IMG/VR virus record: IMGVR_UViG_3300030012_002528
Location: 28,262-92,261 of that record
DNA from: a virus
Reading direction: 5' to 3' (one strand)
Length of the DNA stretch: 64,000 bases
Below, one piece after another: positions 1 to 9,593 of the stretch. A model generated the notes under the pieces. That model had not been told where the DNA came from. It saw only the letters and a list, made by a program, of their open reading frames with translations, and made no database searches. How positions within the stretch are numbered: the stretch's first letter is position 1; every line of letters starts with the position of its first letter. The position numbers and the translations under genes are program-made.

Positions 1-246
1 GTCTCTCAACAGTGTTTCTATTTCTTTAGGTACGTCTATTACTTCGTTAAATAATTGCTTACAGTGTGTGTAAATTTCTTTTATTTTGAAAAGACACTCT
101 TGGGAAGTAGATACAAGTAAAAACTTAACATACTTATCTGACTCTTCTTCTTCAGACAATTCCTGTGCTTTTTCCATAAGTTTTTCGTATAACTCAACGT
201 TGTACTTTACAACGTTTTCTACATACTTTAATTGCTCTTTATTCAT
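1..246 (-). CDS. hypothetical protein (partial, runs off window start)
   Basis: ATG at 246 just after the stop of 249..464; reads MNKEQLKYVENVVSTT... open to the window edge. Confidence 0.6.
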   Translation of the reverse strand, partial: MNKEQLKYVENVVKYNVELYEKLMEKAQELSEEEESDKYVKFLLVSTSQECLFKIKEIYTHCKQLFNEVIDVPKEIETLLRD

Positions 247-248
247 AA

Positions 249-464
249 TTACTTATTTTCTTTAAGGTCTCTTACTGTGTCTTCTAATGCTCTTGATAAT
301 TGCTCATCTGTCGCATGTAAAAAGAACTTATCAGCTTGACCTGTATTTCTATAATTTTTAACTCTGAAAGTTGCTCTTAGTATTTCCATTACCGAAAGGT
401 CTTGGTTATTTTTGATAGCTTCTGACATCAAGTCTGCAATATGTGATTTTCTTAGTGATTCCAT
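249..464 (-). CDS. hypothetical protein
   Basis: 71 aa; start overlaps the upstream stop. Confidence 0.7.
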   Translation of the reverse strand: MESLRKSHIADLMSEAIKNNQDLSVMEILRATFRVKNYRNTGQADKFFLHATDEQLSRALEDTVRDLKENK

Positions 465-1072
465 TATTCTTCGATTACATCTCCTTTAATTCTTATAACA
501 AACACATCTTTATCCGTGTGTACTTTTAACCTTTTATCTATTAGTCCAGGTATCTTTGTATTATACTTTATAGTCATAGTCATATTCTCTCCTTCTTTCA
601 AAGATTTCTTATTATGGACAACAGAAAAACAAGAACAAACCTTAGTAAAGATATTATTAAGAGGTATTTCATCAGTTGTAAAATGCTCATAGTCTCCTCT
701 ACAATTTATTAAATCAATTTTAAACGCTGAAGTAGATACAGGAGCGTTGAGGGTAAGGGGTTCTCTGTAATCTATAACTATGATATCCTCCACAATATCT
801 ATGCTGGTTTTTTCAAAATCATGGACTCTTACAGCTACCCCTCTCCCCTCAAACTCCTTAATGTCGTGCCATAAATTTTCTGGACAAACTTCTTCTGCAA
901 CTTTTGTCTTGGCTTTTAACACACACCCACACTGGTTACAAGTATCAAGAGCTTTGTTCCTATGTTCACACGCTAAACATGTCTCGTATCTTATCTCGTT
1001 GAAAGGAAGCTTTTTACCTAAGAAGTGGTTAGCCCACCCCTTCAATATTCTTTTTGGCCTTATCTTACCCAT
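464..1072 (-). CDS. Cys-rich N-terminal domain + DUF1573-like Ig domain protein
   Basis: CxxC...CxxCGC...K...CPxxxW N-terminus; C-terminal CSC...L.PG-like..I.Y...G...K...V.T pattern of Bacteroidota DUF1573. Confidence 0.6.
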   Translation of the reverse strand: MGKIRPKRILKGWANHFLGKKLPFNEIRYETCLACEHRNKALDTCNQCGCVLKAKTKVAEEVCPENLWHDIKEFEGRGVAVRVHDFEKTSIDIVEDIIVIDYREPLTLNAPVSTSAFKIDLINCRGDYEHFTTDEIPLNNIFTKVCSCFSVVHNKKSLKEGENMTMTIKYNTKIPGLIDKRLKVHTDKDVFVIRIKGDVIEE

Positions 1073-1469
1073 TCTTCATTAGTTTTGGATTAAACCTAGT
1101 CCTAAAAAACCATATTTTATTAACTTTTTCTTTTTTAGCTTTCTCTATCAAGGTAGACATTCTTTCTAACTTAGACTTGAATATTGATAAGTTTTTTTCT
1201 ATCTTACCCTTGTCTTCTTGATTTCTATACGAACCTTTATCCACAACTCTTTGTAACATATTTATTGAGTTGTGTAATGAGGATAGTGTGTAATATAAGG
1301 TTCCAAAGTTAGGAATTCTGTAGGTGACGTTATCTGTTTTGGATATATCTTCTAGAAGCTCTTCTAACAGTGTCCAATAAAAAGCTTCTGCAGCTTCTCT
1401 GTCCCCTCCCCTCTTTTCAAATTCATCTAGGACATCACCTAAGAAATATATCTTATCCTCTAATTTCAT
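1065..1469 (-). CDS. putative HU/IHF-like DNA-binding protein
   Basis: helix followed by YRIPNFGTLY, resembling the HU GFGxF motif. Confidence 0.4.
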   Translation of the reverse strand: MKLEDKIYFLGDVLDEFEKRGGDREAAEAFYWTLLEELLEDISKTDNVTYRIPNFGTLYYTLSSLHNSINMLQRVVDKGSYRNQEDKGKIEKNLSIFKSKLERMSTLIEKAKKEKVNKIWFFRTRFNPKLMKNG

Positions 1470-1833
1470 CCTTCATGTACAGCATCTGAACTGCAATATT
1501 ATCATAATCCTTAATAGATTCTTTTAGCTTCTCTAAATCAGGATTTAATAATTTTCTATTTTTCTTAGGGTGAAGTAAGATTAATTCTTTTTTCTTTAGC
1601 CTAGAAATCATGGTAGTCACATTTTGATGTGTTTTTATACCTAAGTTAGCAGAAATAACTTTATTTTTAAAGTCTTTAGAATTTATATCATATAAGAAAC
1701 ATAAAGTAAGTAAATCAATGTCTCTTTTTGTCATATGTATTGTTGTAGCACTGTATATTTCTAATAACTTTTGAATTAAATCAACTTTATCTGAGTACCT
1801 TAGAAAAAAAGGTAATGTTCTAAATTGAGCCAT
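1453..1833 (-). CDS. putative winged-helix DNA-binding protein
   Basis: MTKRDIDLL...ISANLGIKTHQNVTTMISRLKKKELI, MarR-like wHTH pattern. Confidence 0.5.
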   Translation of the reverse strand: MAQFRTLPFFLRYSDKVDLIQKLLEIYSATTIHMTKRDIDLLTLCFLYDINSKDFKNKVISANLGIKTHQNVTTMISRLKKKELILLHPKKNRKLLNPDLEKLKESIKDYDNIAVQMLYMKDEIRG

Positions 1834-1860
1834 ATGTTTTCTTTAAAAAGCTTTCTTAAA

Positions 1861-1920
1861 TCCTACCCCCTACAACCCTTCCCCTCAAACCCCCTATAGT
1901 CCCCCTTTCTCCCCTTCCCT
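1861..1920 (-). repeat. G-run tract on the minus strand (G-quadruplex-capable), includes GGGGGACTATAGGGGG
   Basis: about seven C3-5 runs on the plus strand. Confidence 0.7.
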
Positions 1921-1930
1921 TAAGAAGACA

Positions 1931-2050
1931 ATGCAATTATAGTAAAAATATATGACATTTGCAAGCGTTTGTGGATAAACATTGGTTTATATAAAATAGA
2001 AATAAAATATGTAATTTACTTGTGTATGTCAAAAGTGTTTTGTATATTGC
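1931..2050. promoter_or_regulatory. divergent Bacteroidota-type promoters with a central perfect DnaA box
   Basis: minus TTGC...TATAATTG (~1964-1934); TGTGGATAA 1970-1978; plus TATATTGC 2043-2050. Confidence 0.55.
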
Positions 2051-2069
2051 AGAAAATAAACCTTTAGTT

Positions 2070-2300
2070 ATGTATAATGATGTAGAATTACTAGATAGAG
2101 AGTACTTCCATGATTATAGGGATTGTGTATTAGATTATGTATCAGATGATTTATTAGACGATGACCTGTATGACGAAATAGGACAACAATTAGAAGATGT
2201 TGTGTTTGAAATGTTTTTATTCAGCATAAAATGTGGTATAGCAACACATTTAGTAGAAACTTTTTTGAAAAAATTTAAAGACCAATTGAATAATGAGTAG
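2070..2300 (+). CDS. hypothetical acidic protein
   Basis: ATG 2070 lies downstream of the -7 box; the track start (2022) falls inside the promoter. Confidence 0.65.
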   Translation: MYNDVELLDREYFHDYRDCVLDYVSDDLLDDDLYDEIGQQLEDVVFEMFLFSIKCGIATHLVETFLKKFKDQLNNE

Positions 2301-3282
2301 TAGACTCGATGATGCTCTAGCCAAGCTAAACAAAAACTTCGGCTCAGGTTCGGTATTTCATTTAGGAGAAAATGAAGCATTTGAAAAACTAGAAAGAATA
2401 CCAACAGGCTCGCTTGGTCTTGATGTTATTACAGGAGGAGGCTATCCCCTTGGACGAATCATTGAGCTATTTGGGTGGGAGTCTTCAGGAAAGAGTACAC
2501 TGTGCATACACGCGATAGCACAAGCTCAATCAATGGGACAGAAGTGTGCATTTGTTGATATGGAACATGCATTCGATAAAAACTATGCAGAATCATTAGG
2601 AGTAGACACCGAAGACCTTATATTTTGTCAACCAGGTAGTGGAGAAGAAGCTATAGAAATAACTAAAACACTCGCTGACACAGGAGAAGTGGGGTTAGTT
2701 GTAGTAGATTCAGTAGCCACTATGGTTCCTTCTGTTGAAGCAGAGGGAGAAGCTGGCGAAAGCAAGATGGGCGTACACGCAAGACTTATGTCGCAAGCTA
2801 TGCGTGTTCTATCCCCTATTGCAAGTAAAAATAACTGTACACTAATTTTCGTAAATCAGCTCCGACACAAGATAGGAGTTATGTATGGTTCCCCAGATGT
2901 TACCACTGGTGGAAATGCACTTAAATTTTATTCATCAATACGTATTAAACTTACTTCTAGCAAGTCTGCTGGTAATAAAGAGAAGGTTGACGGTGTTGAT
3001 AGACAAGTATCTAACTTAGTTACCGCAACAACGGAGAAAAACAAAACACATCCTCCGCTACAAAAGCATTCTTTTCAGCTAAGATTCGGTATAGGTATAG
3101 ATGCAAAAGAAGAAATAGTAGACATGGCTATAGGTCTGGGTCTCATAGACAAAAAAGGCGCATGGTATAGTTATGAAGGAACACAACTTGGTCAAGGAAA
3201 AAAAGCAGTGTTTGCTTTACTCGAAGAAAACCCTGACCTTGAAGATACTTTGAAAGAGCAAATAATTAAACATTACAATTAA
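2293..3282 (+). CDS. recA: recombinase RecA
   Basis: GWESSGKST Walker A, VVVDSVA, ARLMSQAMR, TTGGNALKFY. Confidence 0.98.
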   Translation: MSSRLDDALAKLNKNFGSGSVFHLGENEAFEKLERIPTGSLGLDVITGGGYPLGRIIELFGWESSGKSTLCIHAIAQAQSMGQKCAFVDMEHAFDKNYAESLGVDTEDLIFCQPGSGEEAIEITKTLADTGEVGLVVVDSVATMVPSVEAEGEAGESKMGVHARLMSQAMRVLSPIASKNNCTLIFVNQLRHKIGVMYGSPDVTTGGNALKFYSSIRIKLTSSKSAGNKEKVDGVDRQVSNLVTATTEKNKTHPPLQKHSFQLRFGIGIDAKEEIVDMAIGLGLIDKKGAWYSYEGTQLGQGKKAVFALLEENPDLEDTLKEQIIKHYN

Positions 3283-3956
3283 TGAGAGAGGACTTAAGTA
3301 CTAGAAGGACAAAAACCAACCCGTCTTTTAAGTACGAATTAAGTGAGGAACAAAAGCTAGCAAAAGAACAAATTCTTGACTCTAAGATTGCTATTATCAC
3401 TGGGAAGGCAGGTACGTCTAAGACATTCCTAGCATCACAGATAGCTTTGGATTTATTTCTAAAAGGTGGAGTAGAAAGAATGTTTATAGCTAGGCCTCAA
3501 GTCTCTACAGAAGACATGGGTTACCTTCCAGGTAACAAAGACGAGAAGATGCGCCAGTGGTGTGCTCCTGTTATAGAAAATATGGAGATACTGAGAGAGA
3601 ACGGTAAGAAGGAGGTAGAAAAGTGGCTAAAAGATGGGCAACTAGAACTACTTCCCCTACAGTTTGCTAGAGGTAGAACCATAACTAATAGTATAATGAT
3701 TGTAGATGAAGCACAGAACCTAACTAAACTTCAGACATATCTATTTTGTACAAGACTTGGTAAAGGTTCTTTGATGATATTTACAGGAGACCTTAAACAG
3801 AATGACTTAAAACAACCTAGTAGAAGTGGCTTTGCTCAACTGATTGAAACTTCGAACAAACTAGACGAGATGGTTCATGTGGAACTACAACAAAATTATA
3901 GAGACCCTATTGTTGCTAAATTTATGGAACAGTATGAAAAAGTTTGCGGCTGGTAA
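3282..3956 (+). CDS. phoH: PhoH family ATPase
   Basis: GKAGTSKT, GYLPG, ARGRT, DEAQN, TRLG, GDLKQND. Confidence 0.95.
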   Translation: MREDLSTRRTKTNPSFKYELSEEQKLAKEQILDSKIAIITGKAGTSKTFLASQIALDLFLKGGVERMFIARPQVSTEDMGYLPGNKDEKMRQWCAPVIENMEILRENGKKEVEKWLKDGQLELLPLQFARGRTITNSIMIVDEAQNLTKLQTYLFCTRLGKGSLMIFTGDLKQNDLKQPSRSGFAQLIETSNKLDEMVHVELQQNYRDPIVAKFMEQYEKVCGW

Positions 3957-4432
3957 TGTGGATTTACGATGATAAAAAGATAGACTCTATAGAAAGAGTT
4001 CCCAAAGAAGCTATTGGATTTGTTTATTGTATAACTAACTTATCCAAGAACAGGATGTATATAGGCAAGAAAAGTTTATACCATTGGAAACGAGTTGGAA
4101 TAAAACGTTTTCAAGAATTTAAACTCAATGGTATAGAAGTTAAAAGACATAAAAATAAAAAAAAGTCTAAAAAAGGCTTGCCTGTTTGGGTTTATAAGGC
4201 TAAATTAGAGTCCGATTGGTTATTGTATACAGGTTCTAACGAACAACTAAACAAAGATATAGCTAATGGAGACCAATTTGAAAAACACATATGGGAGTTT
4301 TCTAACTGTGAAAAGAAACTTTCTTTTTTAGAAACGGAAGCTCAATTTAAGATGGACGTTATTAGGGACAACGGTAAGTATTATAACGGAAACATCTTAG
4401 GGAAATATTTCCCAAATGACCTAAATTGTTAA
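3956..4432 (+). CDS. GIY-YIG endonuclease (T4 DenA/Seg-like)
   Basis: GFVYCITN...YIGKK, ESDW..YTGS, YYNGNI; ATG overlaps the phoH stop. Confidence 0.8.
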   Translation: MWIYDDKKIDSIERVPKEAIGFVYCITNLSKNRMYIGKKSLYHWKRVGIKRFQEFKLNGIEVKRHKNKKKSKKGLPVWVYKAKLESDWLLYTGSNEQLNKDIANGDQFEKHIWEFSNCEKKLSFLETEAQFKMDVIRDNGKYYNGNILGKYFPNDLNC

Positions 4433-4433
4433 G

Positions 4434-5423
4434 ATGGCTATAAAGGATATTATACGTAAAAATATCGCTGAAATACTAGAGATATATGCTAAACATGGTA
4501 ATTTTACATACACAGCAGAGGAGTTTTGTAAAAAGCATAAGTACAAATACTCTGATTCTTGGAGAAGAGCTGTAAGTAGATACATAAACTCTTTACCTGA
4601 AATTGAAGCTGACGAAGCATTAAAAGAAGAAGCACAAAGTATTAGTCCTGCAAGAGTGCTAATATTTGATATAGAGACAGCCCCTCTAATGGCTAACATA
4701 TGGAGCCTATGGAATCAAAATGTAGGGTATAATTTATCTATGCTAGAGTCAGACTGGTTTATCATTACGTGGTCTGCTAAGTGGCTCTTTGAAGAAAAAA
4801 TATACACAGGAAAACTTACCCCAAAAGAAGCTAAAGAGCAAAACGATTCTAGAATAGTAAGAAACTTTTGGGAACTATTAAACGAAGCAGACATAGTTAT
4901 TGCACACAACGGAGATAAATTTGATATCAAAAGAGTTAACACTCGCTTCCTGAAGCTAGGACTACACCCCCCAGCACCGTACCAGACTATTGACACTCTT
5001 AAACATGTCAGGAAGAAGTTTAACATCTCTTCGAACAAACTAGATTATGTAGCACAGTTCCTTGAATTAGGGGAGAAGATGAAAACTGGTGGCTTTGAGT
5101 TATGGAAAGGTTGTATGGAAGGACAACAAGAGTCACTAGATAAGATGGAGGAGTATAACATCAAAGATGTAACCCTTCTAGAGGAAGTATATTTAAGAAT
5201 ACGTTCTTGGATTACCCCCCACCCAAATATGGGACTACATATAGGGGAGAATGTTACTTGTTGTGCAACGTGTGGAAGCTCAGACCTATCTGTTGTAGGC
5301 ACCTATAAGACTTATATGTCTGAGTATGATGCACTTAGATGTAATTCTTGCGGAAGTGTTAACAGGTCAAGAGCCAGTTCACTTACAACAGAAGCTCGTA
5401 AACTCCTAACTAAATCAATATAA
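4434..5423 (+). CDS. DEDD/RNase_H_2-type 3'-5' exonuclease with C-terminal Zn ribbon
   Basis: FDIET, AHNGDKFD, IDTL, YNIKDV; CxxC...CxxC. Confidence 0.88.
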   Translation: MAIKDIIRKNIAEILEIYAKHGNFTYTAEEFCKKHKYKYSDSWRRAVSRYINSLPEIEADEALKEEAQSISPARVLIFDIETAPLMANIWSLWNQNVGYNLSMLESDWFIITWSAKWLFEEKIYTGKLTPKEAKEQNDSRIVRNFWELLNEADIVIAHNGDKFDIKRVNTRFLKLGLHPPAPYQTIDTLKHVRKKFNISSNKLDYVAQFLELGEKMKTGGFELWKGCMEGQQESLDKMEEYNIKDVTLLEEVYLRIRSWITPHPNMGLHIGENVTCCATCGSSDLSVVGTYKTYMSEYDALRCNSCGSVNRSRASSLTTEARKLLTKSI

Positions 5424-5782
5424 TGAGTAAGCCAATATTTTTAGAAGTACAAGCCTACTACCACACTAAAGAAACTTCTTTAAAAGAAGATGCGTGTATG
5501 GAATGTCTGAAAGAAGCTAACGAAAAAGCAGAAGTTCTAGGACTTCCTGCAGAAAGCTTAGAAGAAGAGTGTGATAGTATATGTGGAGAAACCATAGATG
5601 AAGATACTACTGGTTTAGAAACTGAATCTATGATTATTAAACTACAAGATATAAAGAGTATATCTAAGTCTAAGAAGGGTAATGCCATTATACAGACTCA
5701 GGGGTCTTTTTTGCCAAGAATGTACGCAACGAAGTACAAGGATTTAATGGAAAAAATAAAAGACTTAATTATCATTATATGA
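5423..5782 (+). CDS. hypothetical protein
   Basis: 119 aa, translationally coupled. Confidence 0.7.
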   Translation: MSKPIFLEVQAYYHTKETSLKEDACMECLKEANEKAEVLGLPAESLEEECDSICGETIDEDTTGLETESMIIKLQDIKSISKSKKGNAIIQTQGSFLPRMYATKYKDLMEKIKDLIIII

Positions 5783-5991
5783 CCTTAGAGGGAAAACATA
5801 TAAAGATATTATCAGACATATCTCGTGCGTGGTATGAGTACTCTCAAAAAGGTTTGACTGGGGAGGAAATAGAAGAAGTCTTATTTGAATCCCTTCAAGT
5901 GTACAAAGAAATAGACGATTTTGATATTCAACTAATTATTGATGAGGTAAAGCTTAGAATAAAGCACGATATTGATAAAAACCTCAACTAA
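5779..5991 (+). CDS. hypothetical protein
   Basis: 70 aa, ATGA overlap. Confidence 0.65.
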   Translation: MTLEGKHIKILSDISRAWYEYSQKGLTGEEIEEVLFESLQVYKEIDDFDIQLIIDEVKLRIKHDIDKNLN

Positions 5992-6000
5992 CGTAATAAA

Positions 6001-6032
6001 TTTGGATAATTAAAATATTATTATTATCTTGT
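6001..6032 (+). promoter_or_regulatory. Bacteroidota sigma-A type promoter
   Basis: TTTGGATA-N16-TATCTTGT. Confidence 0.65.
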
Positions 6033-6093
6033 AGCTTAGTTTTCTATTAAAATTAGGCTATAATATTTTCTATGTGTTTAACAACAAGGTCAA

Positions 6094-6351
6094 ATGGCTA
6101 GAAGAGGAAAGTATAAACCTATAAAAGAAGAAAACTTTTGGGAGGCAAGGGGTAGATACGAAGACATGAAACAATCGGGGGAACTGTACAAAATGGACCC
6201 TAAAATGGTTGGATTATGGGCGTATGACATGCCTAAATTTTTAGAGTTAGATGCAACTCTAGAAAAATGGGAGGAAGAAAAAACAGAGGAACCTATAGAT
6301 TCCAAAGAGAATAAAGGAGTTGTTTGGTATAATAACAATGATTTAAAATGA
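6094..6351 (+). CDS. hypothetical protein
   Basis: 85 aa downstream of the promoter. Confidence 0.65.
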   Translation: MARRGKYKPIKEENFWEARGRYEDMKQSGELYKMDPKMVGLWAYDMPKFLELDATLEKWEEEKTEEPIDSKENKGVVWYNNNDLK

Positions 6352-6431
6352 AAAGAAGAATTTGTTTATTTGTGAAATGGATTACATCAGGTAAAGTTTG
6401 CCTTGGATGGTGCACACTTAAAAAAGACTAG
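6348..6431 (+). CDS. small Cys-rich peptide (27 aa)
   Basis: MKRRICLFVKWITSGKVCLGWCTLKKD, ATGA overlap; below the track cut-off. Confidence 0.45.
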   Translation: MKRRICLFVKWITSGKVCLGWCTLKKD

Positions 6432-6508
6432 ATAAAAGTGTCAATAGAAACTGCTATAGTGATGCTAATATTATTATCGTATATAATTATTGACAAAATA
6501 AGACAAAA

Positions 6509-6751
6509 ATGAGAAAGTTTTTTAAAGCAATGTTTTCAGAAGGAGGAGAAGTATCCTCTAAGAGAGTAGTAACAGCGATGTGCCTGCTTTTTATGCTAAT
6601 TGCTTTTACATCAAACTTGTTTTGTGATTACACTGTAGAACAACACATGTTTGAGTCCTTACAATGGATAGTTATGGCAGGACTAGGGTTCACAGCCTCA
6701 GAAAAATTTTCCGAAATAATAAGTAAAAGAAAAAACCAAAACCATGAGTAA
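6509..6751 (+). CDS. two-TM membrane protein, holin-like
   Basis: SSKR followed by two hydrophobic helices and a basic C-tail. Confidence 0.5.
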   Translation: MRKFFKAMFSEGGEVSSKRVVTAMCLLFMLIAFTSNLFCDYTVEQHMFESLQWIVMAGLGFTASEKFSEIISKRKNQNHE

Positions 6752-7466
6752 AAAAGTTTACACTATTGTAGGTAACCGATACGGGGGAGAAATAACAATA
6801 GGGAAAGTTTCTCAAGAATTTTGTGATTATTGGAAATATAAGGACCCAGAGGAGATTGAGTCTTACATCCTTGAAGGGTGGGAAGACAATGAAGATGAGT
6901 CTATTCCAAACATGATTAATGGCGAGGACAAATATTGGCACGACCTAGACGATATCTTACATTTTTATGGAAGCCACGCTGAAGGGAGCTTAACTTTGAT
7001 AGACACAGACACCGAAGAAGAAAGAAAGGTAGAACATCAATTCTTATGGGGCCGAGAAGGCGGTTTCTTTGATACTGAGGAGCCTGATTGGGATAATTTG
7101 TATGCAGAGCTCACTGAAGAGGATTACGTGCCTGTAATCGCTTGTATGAGCCAAGAGAAGGGATGGATAAATACTTGGACTCTAGAGCTTGAAGAAGGAG
7201 AAGAGTTTGATGATAAGAAACTTTCTGCTGGAATACTTGAAACTAACTTTGGAGAGTTTGTAGAAAAGCTCTACTATGATGGTAAAGAATTAGAAGACGA
7301 TGGTGGGGGGAGTACTAATGGGAAAGGATTCATTGTAAACCTTGGATGGTTTAACACAAAATGGACAGATAGTCTTGAACAATATGCCCCAGGTAGTGAG
7401 GGGCTTAAAGAAGCATTACAAGAATTAACGGAACAGCTAAAATGGGAAGCTGAAAATAACATTTAA
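6744..7466 (+). CDS. highly acidic hypothetical protein
   Basis: 240 aa, D/E-rich. Confidence 0.75.
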   Translation: MSKKVYTIVGNRYGGEITIGKVSQEFCDYWKYKDPEEIESYILEGWEDNEDESIPNMINGEDKYWHDLDDILHFYGSHAEGSLTLIDTDTEEERKVEHQFLWGREGGFFDTEEPDWDNLYAELTEEDYVPVIACMSQEKGWINTWTLELEEGEEFDDKKLSAGILETNFGEFVEKLYYDGKELEDDGGGSTNGKGFIVNLGWFNTKWTDSLEQYAPGSEGLKEALQELTEQLKWEAENNI

Positions 7467-7477
7467 AAATAAATAAA

Positions 7478-8182
7478 ATGCCTAGTTACGATATATCTAT
7501 TAAACAAGAAAACCTAGTTAAACATGGTTGCGAAGTGCCTGCAGGGTACGTAAGATTAAGCTCAGTGATAGCAAGATTACCTGCATTTAAAAATGAGGAA
7601 GATGCAAGAGCAGCAGGCCTAAAAAACTGTGATATGTATTCAATGAGCACTGTTAACTCTATTGCTATTTTGGGTACAGGGGGCACAGGTGGTACAGGAA
7701 CAGGAAATAGAGACTTTACAAATGCTCTTGACATTGCTATTCCTCAAGAGGAAGTTGTAAAGTATGGTTGCCAAGTACCAAATGGTTATGTAAGGTTCAC
7801 ATCTGTTTACGGAAGTTTGCCTGTATACGCTACTGAAGCAGATGCCGTAGGGGACGGACTTAAAAAATGCGACCCTTATCTTGGAGCAGCTAGTGGAGAC
7901 TTACGGTTAGTAGTTAGTGACCTTGCCCCCACTAATAATGGTGCGGTGGAAAAGAAGGTACCTTACTTTGATATTGCAATTAAAAAAGAGCAAATTCTAT
8001 ACAGAAACTGCAATCTTCCAAAAGGATACATAAAACTTAGCCAAGTATTGGCTTCATTCCCTGTTTACTCAAAAGAAAAAGCAAAAACTGTTTTACCTGA
8101 GTGTGGAGGATACCTTCGTGTAAATACAGCAGGTAAAATTACTGATGCAAATGTTTCTTTCAATAGACAAATTGTACCTTAA
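7478..8182 (+). CDS. triple-repeat protein, possibly virion fibre/decoration
   Basis: three ~55-aa repeats DI.I..E......C.vP.GYv....V...LP.Y......GL..C..Y with a G/T linker. Confidence 0.6.
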   Translation: MPSYDISIKQENLVKHGCEVPAGYVRLSSVIARLPAFKNEEDARAAGLKNCDMYSMSTVNSIAILGTGGTGGTGTGNRDFTNALDIAIPQEEVVKYGCQVPNGYVRFTSVYGSLPVYATEADAVGDGLKKCDPYLGAASGDLRLVVSDLAPTNNGAVEKKVPYFDIAIKKEQILYRNCNLPKGYIKLSQVLASFPVYSKEKAKTVLPECGGYLRVNTAGKITDANVSFNRQIVP

Positions 8183-8184
8183 TC

Positions 8185-8487
8185 GTGCCGAGAAAAAAGA
8201 AAGACCCTAAAGTAGGGACTGGCAAGAAGCCTAAAGGTTCTGGTAGAAGGCTTTATACGGATGAGAATCCAAAAGATACTGTTCGTATAAAGTTTGCTAC
8301 GCAGAAGGATGCTAGAGACACTGTAAAGAAAGTCAAAGGCAGTGGCAAGTCTTTTTCCAGAAAAATACAAATCTTAACTGTTGGCGAACAACGTGCTAAA
8401 GTCATGGGAAAAGATAAGGTGGTGGAAATTTTTAAGAAAGGCAAGAACAGTGTAAGAAGAAAGCACGGTAAACCAACTAAAAAATGA
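8185..8487 (+). CDS. small basic protein
   Basis: K/R-rich, DPKVGTGKKPKGSGRRLYTDENP. Confidence 0.7.
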   Translation: MPRKKKDPKVGTGKKPKGSGRRLYTDENPKDTVRIKFATQKDARDTVKKVKGSGKSFSRKIQILTVGEQRAKVMGKDKVVEIFKKGKNSVRRKHGKPTKK

Positions 8488-8642
8488 AAGACTGGAGTGT
8501 AGACATATCTCTTCATTGGCCACACAACAGATGTGCTTTGGGGTGGCAATACTTGGGGCCTACAGAAGAGGTATGTTGGCATACAACAGAGATATTTTTA
8601 TTTATAATCACAATAACAATTAACTTAGAACAAAAAAATTAG
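8484..8642 (+). CDS. hypothetical protein (52 aa)
   Basis: MKDWSVDISLHWPHNRCALGW..., ATGA overlap. Confidence 0.55.
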   Translation: MKDWSVDISLHWPHNRCALGWQYLGPTEEVCWHTTEIFLFIITITINLEQKN

Positions 8643-8647
8643 AAATT

Positions 8648-8815
8648 ATGGCGGATAAGAAAAGAGTTCCAGCACCCAAGGGGTTTCACTGGATGAAAGG
8701 TACAGGAGGCAAGTTAAAACTTATGAAAGACCCTTCGACTGGATATAAAAAGCATCCTGGTTCTTCCAAATATGCTGAGTTTGGTATCCAAAAAGTCCAC
8801 AGGAAAAAGAAGTAG
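8648..8815 (+). CDS. small basic protein (55 aa)
   Basis: MADKKRVPAPKGFHWMK...KVHRKKK; AAATTAGAAATTATG start context. Confidence 0.65.
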   Translation: MADKKRVPAPKGFHWMKGTGGKLKLMKDPSTGYKKHPGSSKYAEFGIQKVHRKKK

Positions 8816-8908
8816 TGGACCACATACCTAATACAAACAATACCCTGGAACTGGATAGACTAATCTACACTGTTACGATTACCTACCATCCAGGGCTAAT
8901 ATATACAC

Positions 8909-9226
8909 ATGGCTACGAACAGTAAGAAATACAACAAGAAGAACTACAAAAAGTACTGGGGAACTAAGAAGGCCGTTTCTGAACGCTCGGAACGCAACAA
9001 GGCCAGACGTATTCTTACAAAGGAAGGCCGTATCAAGAAAGGAGATGGCAAAGAAGTAGACCATAAGAAGCCCATATCAAAAGGAGGGACTAACTCTAAG
9101 AAGAATTTATCAGTCACTACACGCAAAGCTAACAGACGAAGAGGTGCTGCTATTGCCAACGCAAATAAAAAGAAGAAGACTGGTACTACTAAGAGAAAAT
9201 CCTCTACTAAAAAGACTAAAAAATAA
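8909..9226 (+). CDS. small basic HNH-motif protein
   Basis: EVDHKKPISKGGTNSKKNL...N. Confidence 0.75.
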   Translation: MATNSKKYNKKNYKKYWGTKKAVSERSERNKARRILTKEGRIKKGDGKEVDHKKPISKGGTNSKKNLSVTTRKANRRRGAAIANANKKKKTGTTKRKSSTKKTKK

Positions 9227-9256
9227 CCGTTAATAGTCCCATCGTTATTTAGGTTG

Positions 9257-9286
9257 CACCCTCCCCCGTGGAGGGTGTTTTTTTTT
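9257..9286 (+). terminator. intrinsic terminator
   Basis: CACCCTCC-N5-GGAGGGTG + T9. Confidence 0.85.
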
Positions 9287-9396
9287 ATGCCCCCTCCCAA
9301 AAAATTCACGTTGATGTCGTGTGGAAGTAATATATATTACAATACCCCGCTAAAATTTTTTGCAAGGTACCCCCCTGTTGATTTTGCAAGTGTTCG

Positions 9397-9545
9397 CGTG
9401 TAGGTTTTTGTGTGGGGGTGGGGGGTGTGTGGAGAGGTAGGTTTGTGGTGTGTGGTGGTGTGGGGGTGGTGGGGGTGTAGGTATGTTGTTGTTGGTAGTG
9501 TTGTTTCTTTGTTTGTGTGGTGGCTCGCTGGCGTGCGCTCGTCTT
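9397..9545 (+). repeat. G/T-rich low-complexity tract (G4-capable)
   Basis: almost no A or C over ~120 bp, several G4-6 runs. Confidence 0.8.
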
Positions 9546-9593
9546 TTCTTATATATATAAGTTATATTTATTATAATAATAATGTCCTTTTAA

